NCBI GenBank assembly: GCA_944392205.1 | Contig: CALXVV010000028.1 | Location: forward strand, 1-63,856 | Length of the DNA stretch: 63,856 bases | Direction: 5' to 3' | Source: an uncultured Alphaproteobacteria bacterium | Lineage (GTDB): Bacteria > Pseudomonadota > Alphaproteobacteria > RF32 > CAG-239 | Part shown: positions 60,776 to 63,856 of the stretch, in pieces | Numbering within the stretch: the stretch's first letter is position 1 | How the letters are laid out: every line of letters starts with the position of its first letter | Position numbers and translations under genes: made by a program | The notes under the pieces: generated by a model | The model's input: only the letters and a program-made list of their open reading frames with translations | Databases searched by the model: none | Told to the model about the DNA's origin: nothing

Positions 60776-61882
60776 TTATCCATCCTCCAAATGGAGCAAA
60801 ACAGAAACGGAGATAAGAGTTGCAATCAATGCCGGAGTAGACACAGCCAACCCGACGGGGATATAGCCGTTGATACCAAAAGCATATACAAGTTGGGTCA
60901 AGAAGTAGACAATAAACCCGGTAGAGATACCGCCCACAATCAAAAACATGACCCCGCCGCGGCGGTTGTTCGGACGCAGAGCAAAGACAGCGGCCACCAA
61001 CACCATGGCACACAGCAAGAAAGGCGAAACCAGCAAAGAAAGATACCGCAGACGGTGGCGTTGAGCAGAGAAACCTGACATTTCGTAAAAATGGATAGTA
61101 TCGGGCAAATCCCAAAAAGAAATAGATTCCGGCTCCACAAAATTTTCCTTAATCCGCTCTATATCAAGAACAGTCTTATACTTCAGACTATTTTTAACCT
61201 CTGTCGGATGTCCGGCCCTAAAAATCCTAACATCGCGCAAATCAAAAAATCCGTCTTTCAGCGTTCCGACATAAGCCTCGATTCTTTTTCCCGGCTGGGA
61301 GTGGCGGTCCATCTCCAAAATCGTCACGCCGCGCAGCAACAGCTCACCCTTTTCTTGGCGCAAAGACTTGGCCTGCAAAACCATCACATTGTTTTCATCA
61401 ATAGCTTCCCTGATCCAAAGTCCCTTATCAGAGAACAAGACCGCTTTTGGGTTTCTGGTTTTTAGGCGATATTCAAGCGTTTCATACAAGTCATACATAT
61501 TGGCGGCCACCGGGTTAACCAATGTTACATTAATAACGCCGATAAGAAAAGTCGTTACCAACACCGGCAAAAGGAACCCCCAAATAGAAACCCCTGCAGC
61601 ACGCATAATCACAAACTCATTACTTTTGCTAAGCTTCCAAAAAGTGACCATGGAAGCAATCATAACCACAAAGGGAAAAACCATCTCAATGGTTTTTGGC
61701 ATTTTTGTAATAGCAAGCTCCAAAACAAACCAAAAGCTCACATCCTCCCGCCCTGAGGTGCGGCGCAAAAGTTCCACCACCTCAAAAAGCATAATCACGC
61801 TCAAAACCATCAGCAAAACAGCAAAAAAATTAAACAAGATTTGCTTGGTTAAATATCGTCCGAGAATAGATGTAGGTTTCAT
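60776..61882 (-). CDS. lptG: LPS export permease LptG (LptF/G family)
   Basis: ILGRYLTKQ, LSKSNEFVIMRAAGVSIW and GLWIRE. Confidence 0.85.
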   Translation of the reverse strand: MKPTSILGRYLTKQILFNFFAVLLMVLSVIMLFEVVELLRRTSGREDVSFWFVLELAITKMPKTIEMVFPFVVMIASMVTFWKLSKSNEFVIMRAAGVSIWGFLLPVLVTTFLIGVINVTLVNPVAANMYDLYETLEYRLKTRNPKAVLFSDKGLWIREAIDENNVMVLQAKSLRQEKGELLLRGVTILEMDRHSQPGKRIEAYVGTLKDGFFDLRDVRIFRAGHPTEVKNSLKYKTVLDIERIKENFVEPESISFWDLPDTIHFYEMSGFSAQRHRLRYLSLLVSPFLLCAMVLVAAVFALRPNNRRGGVMFLIVGGISTGFIVYFLTQLVYAFGINGYIPVGLAVSTPALIATLISVSVLLHLEDG

Positions 61883-61973
61883 GTTCTTGCTTCTAGAATT
61901 AAAACATAGGCATAAGTTATCCGCAAAAATATCTCTTGGCAATAGTTTTTATCAAGAGGTTCAAGAACATTTA

Positions 61974-62897
61974 TTACCCCAAGCGGGAAAGATAGTTGTT
62001 GATGGCATCGGGCAAAATTACCACAATATTTTTGCCCTCAAATTCTTTTCTTTTGGCCAATTTGGTTGCCGCGGCAATAGCTGCTCCGGCGGAGATTCCG
62101 ACAGGCAAGCCCTCGCAAAGCGCAATATCGGCAGCGGTTCCCCAGGCCTCATCATCAGCAATGTCAACAACCTCATCAACCAAAGACTTATCATACAAAG
62201 GCGGCACAAACCCGGCACCAATTCCGGGAATATCGTGCATTCCGGCCTCACCGCCGTTTAGGACGGCGCTTTTTTGAGGTTCCACCGCCGCAACATACAA
62301 ATCCGGATTACTTGTTTTTAAGGTTGCTGCCGTTCCGCACAAAGTTCCGGCGGTGCCGACAGTGGCTACCAAGACATCAACCTCGCCTTTGGTTGCTTCC
62401 AAAATTTCAATACTGGTGCCAAAACGGTGAGCATCCAAATTTGCCTCATTACAAAACTGGTCAAACATAATCACATTGGGATTCTTTTCTTTCAACAGCT
62501 CTGCTTTGGCCAAGGCGCCGCGCATACCATCTTCTTTGGGCGTCAAGACCACTTCCGCGCCAAAATAGCGCATCAGCAAAATACGCTCTTTGCTCATATT
62601 TTCGGGCATCATAATCACCAGTTTATAGCCTTTGGCGGCACAAATAGCGGCCAAAGCAATACCGGTATTGCCGCTGGTGGCCTCCAAAAACACGGTGTCT
62701 TTGGTGATTTTGCCTTGTTTTTCTGCCTGCTCAATCATTTTTAGGGCAGCTCTGTCCTTAATGGAAAACAACGGATTATAAAACTCGCATTTTGCCAAAA
62801 TATTGGCCTTAAGCTGATGTTTTTCCGCCCATTTGTGCAAATGGAGCAAAGGGGTATCTCCCACCAATTCGGTCATTGAATCAAAGATTTTCTTCAT
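61974..62897 (-). CDS. cysK: Cysteine synthase A
   Basis: VGDTPL, NPLFSIKDR, EATSGNTG and IPGIGAGFVP. Confidence 0.93.
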   Translation of the reverse strand: MKKIFDSMTELVGDTPLLHLHKWAEKHQLKANILAKCEFYNPLFSIKDRAALKMIEQAEKQGKITKDTVFLEATSGNTGIALAAICAAKGYKLVIMMPENMSKERILLMRYFGAEVVLTPKEDGMRGALAKAELLKEKNPNVIMFDQFCNEANLDAHRFGTSIEILEATKGEVDVLVATVGTAGTLCGTAATLKTSNPDLYVAAVEPQKSAVLNGGEAGMHDIPGIGAGFVPPLYDKSLVDEVVDIADDEAWGTAADIALCEGLPVGISAGAAIAAATKLAKRKEFEGKNIVVILPDAINNYLSRLG

Positions 62898-62993
62898 TTT
62901 ATATCCTTAGTTGTTTATAAGCCGCAAAATATGCTGGCACAGAAAACAAGCTCTTGATATTATTACACTGTTTAAAAAACTTGCAATAAAGAA

Positions 62994-63581
62994 ATGAGAA
63001 CAATTTATCAAATTTTGTGGATTATCCCGCTGTTATTAGGGCTCGGCGCTTCAGCTCACGCCGCCAGCCTTGATGACTTGTACAGAGATATCATCCGCTC
63101 AGACAACGAGGGATATTTGCCCTTATTTGTTCTCAACCGCGCCAATCCGGACGCCGAAAGCAAGAAAGAAGAGGTAACCGTCAAACCAAGTGCCCCTGCC
63201 GCACAAACCAAGAACCCCACTGCCTCCCAAAACAAACCGATAAATCTGACTTATGATTCGCAAGCAGATGAAAGGGCTCAAAAGGCAGCCCAACTAAAAT
63301 GGCAACAAACCTTAAAAGCCGTTGCCGAGAACAAAGTTACGCCAATGGAGCTTTCCGAGATTACCTATCGGGCAGGAAAAGACGACCCCAAAGCGGTTGA
63401 GGTTCTGGCCTGGATGTATACCAAAGGCATCGGTGTGGGCAAAGATTTTGTAAAAGCATTTAGACTTTACCAAAAGGCAGAAGGACTAAAAGTGCCAAAG
63501 GCCAAAGAAAATGCCGCCAAAATTTATAAGGCCATGAGCGCCGAGCAGAGAGCCCAACTCCAAAACAAAAATCAGCAATAA
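62994..63581 (+). CDS. Exported Sel1-repeat protein
   Basis: Signal peptide and AVEVLAWMYTKGIGVGKDFVKAFRLYQKA (SEL1). Confidence 0.8.
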   Translation: MRTIYQILWIIPLLLGLGASAHAASLDDLYRDIIRSDNEGYLPLFVLNRANPDAESKKEEVTVKPSAPAAQTKNPTASQNKPINLTYDSQADERAQKAAQLKWQQTLKAVAENKVTPMELSEITYRAGKDDPKAVEVLAWMYTKGIGVGKDFVKAFRLYQKAEGLKVPKAKENAAKIYKAMSAEQRAQLQNKNQQ

Positions 63582-63588
63582 TATTTAT

Positions 63589-63753
63589 ACTCTAGAAAAC
63601 CTCCAGGCGAGATTTGCAAAAAGATTGGAGAATGGTTCAGATAGAGCGATTTGAAAGGCAAAAGTACCGGAGTAGAGAGCACAAAAATTTCGACGGGTGG
63701 AATTTATAGAGTGATTTTGAAGGCGAGGGAAATTTTAGTGTACATAGAGGTAC
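63589..63753 (+). repeat. Mosaic RPE-like cluster: type-A right end, type-B left half, type-A left half (truncated)
   Basis: 63617-63672 matches 2867-2921 and 40020-40073. 63683-63753 matches 2939-3009. Confidence 0.85.
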
Positions 63754-63856
63754 TTCCCCGCGGGCATACAGTATGGCTACAACGTGTTGGCGGGCTACGT
63801 GGGAGACCTGAAATACCTGTTCAGCTCCGACGGCGTGAAGAGCCTGGGCGGCTTCG
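63754..63856 (+). other. Foreign high-GC coding fragment resembling Bacteroidales RseP; probable chimeric contig end
   Basis: Reads FPAGIQYGYNVLAGYVGDLKYLFSSDGVKSLGGF. 62 of 102 bases are G/C and 30 of 34 third positions are G/C. It starts abruptly inside a repeat. Confidence 0.6.

Overview
Chromosomal window from an alphaproteobacterium, most likely a small-genome, fermentative, host-associated lineage. The class is inferred from GapR/DUF2312, DUF2336, DUF2333, split PntA and RpoH-type promoters. The lifestyle is inferred from HydF, ferredoxin, DeoB and ROK/PfkB kinases. Content is mostly housekeeping: deoB, lepA, ettA, rpmJ, pyk, pntAB, hydF, groESL, htpG, typA, murJ, ychF, pth, rplY, pnp-rpsO-truB-rbfA, ftsK, fabDG, rimP-nusA-infB and cysK, plus tRNA-Ser(CGA) and tRNA-Gly(GCC). 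I see no transposase, integrase, prophage or CRISPR array. The interesting signal is mostly intergenic. (1) A diverged family of ~110-130 bp palindromic elements with a GTAC-N5-8-GTAC core, resembling Rickettsia palindromic elements, occurs at 6 loci as mosaic clusters, all in the same orientation. (2) A C4/CI-antisense-like terminator/antiterminator leader precedes a glycosyltransferase next to tRNA-Gly. (3) tRNA fragments split or followed by hairpin inserts flank both tRNAs. (4) SD-less orphan gene cassettes interrupt conserved operons, and two of them share a promoter/leader signature. Notable proteins are a DjlA-like protein with three copies of its membrane anchor, a BacNav-type channel with a TLDGWAS filter, and an LPD7-like orphan with an Arg-ended tail. 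The last ~100 bp look like a foreign Bacteroidales rseP-like fragment, probably an assembly chimera. All family assignments are from motif recognition, not database searches.
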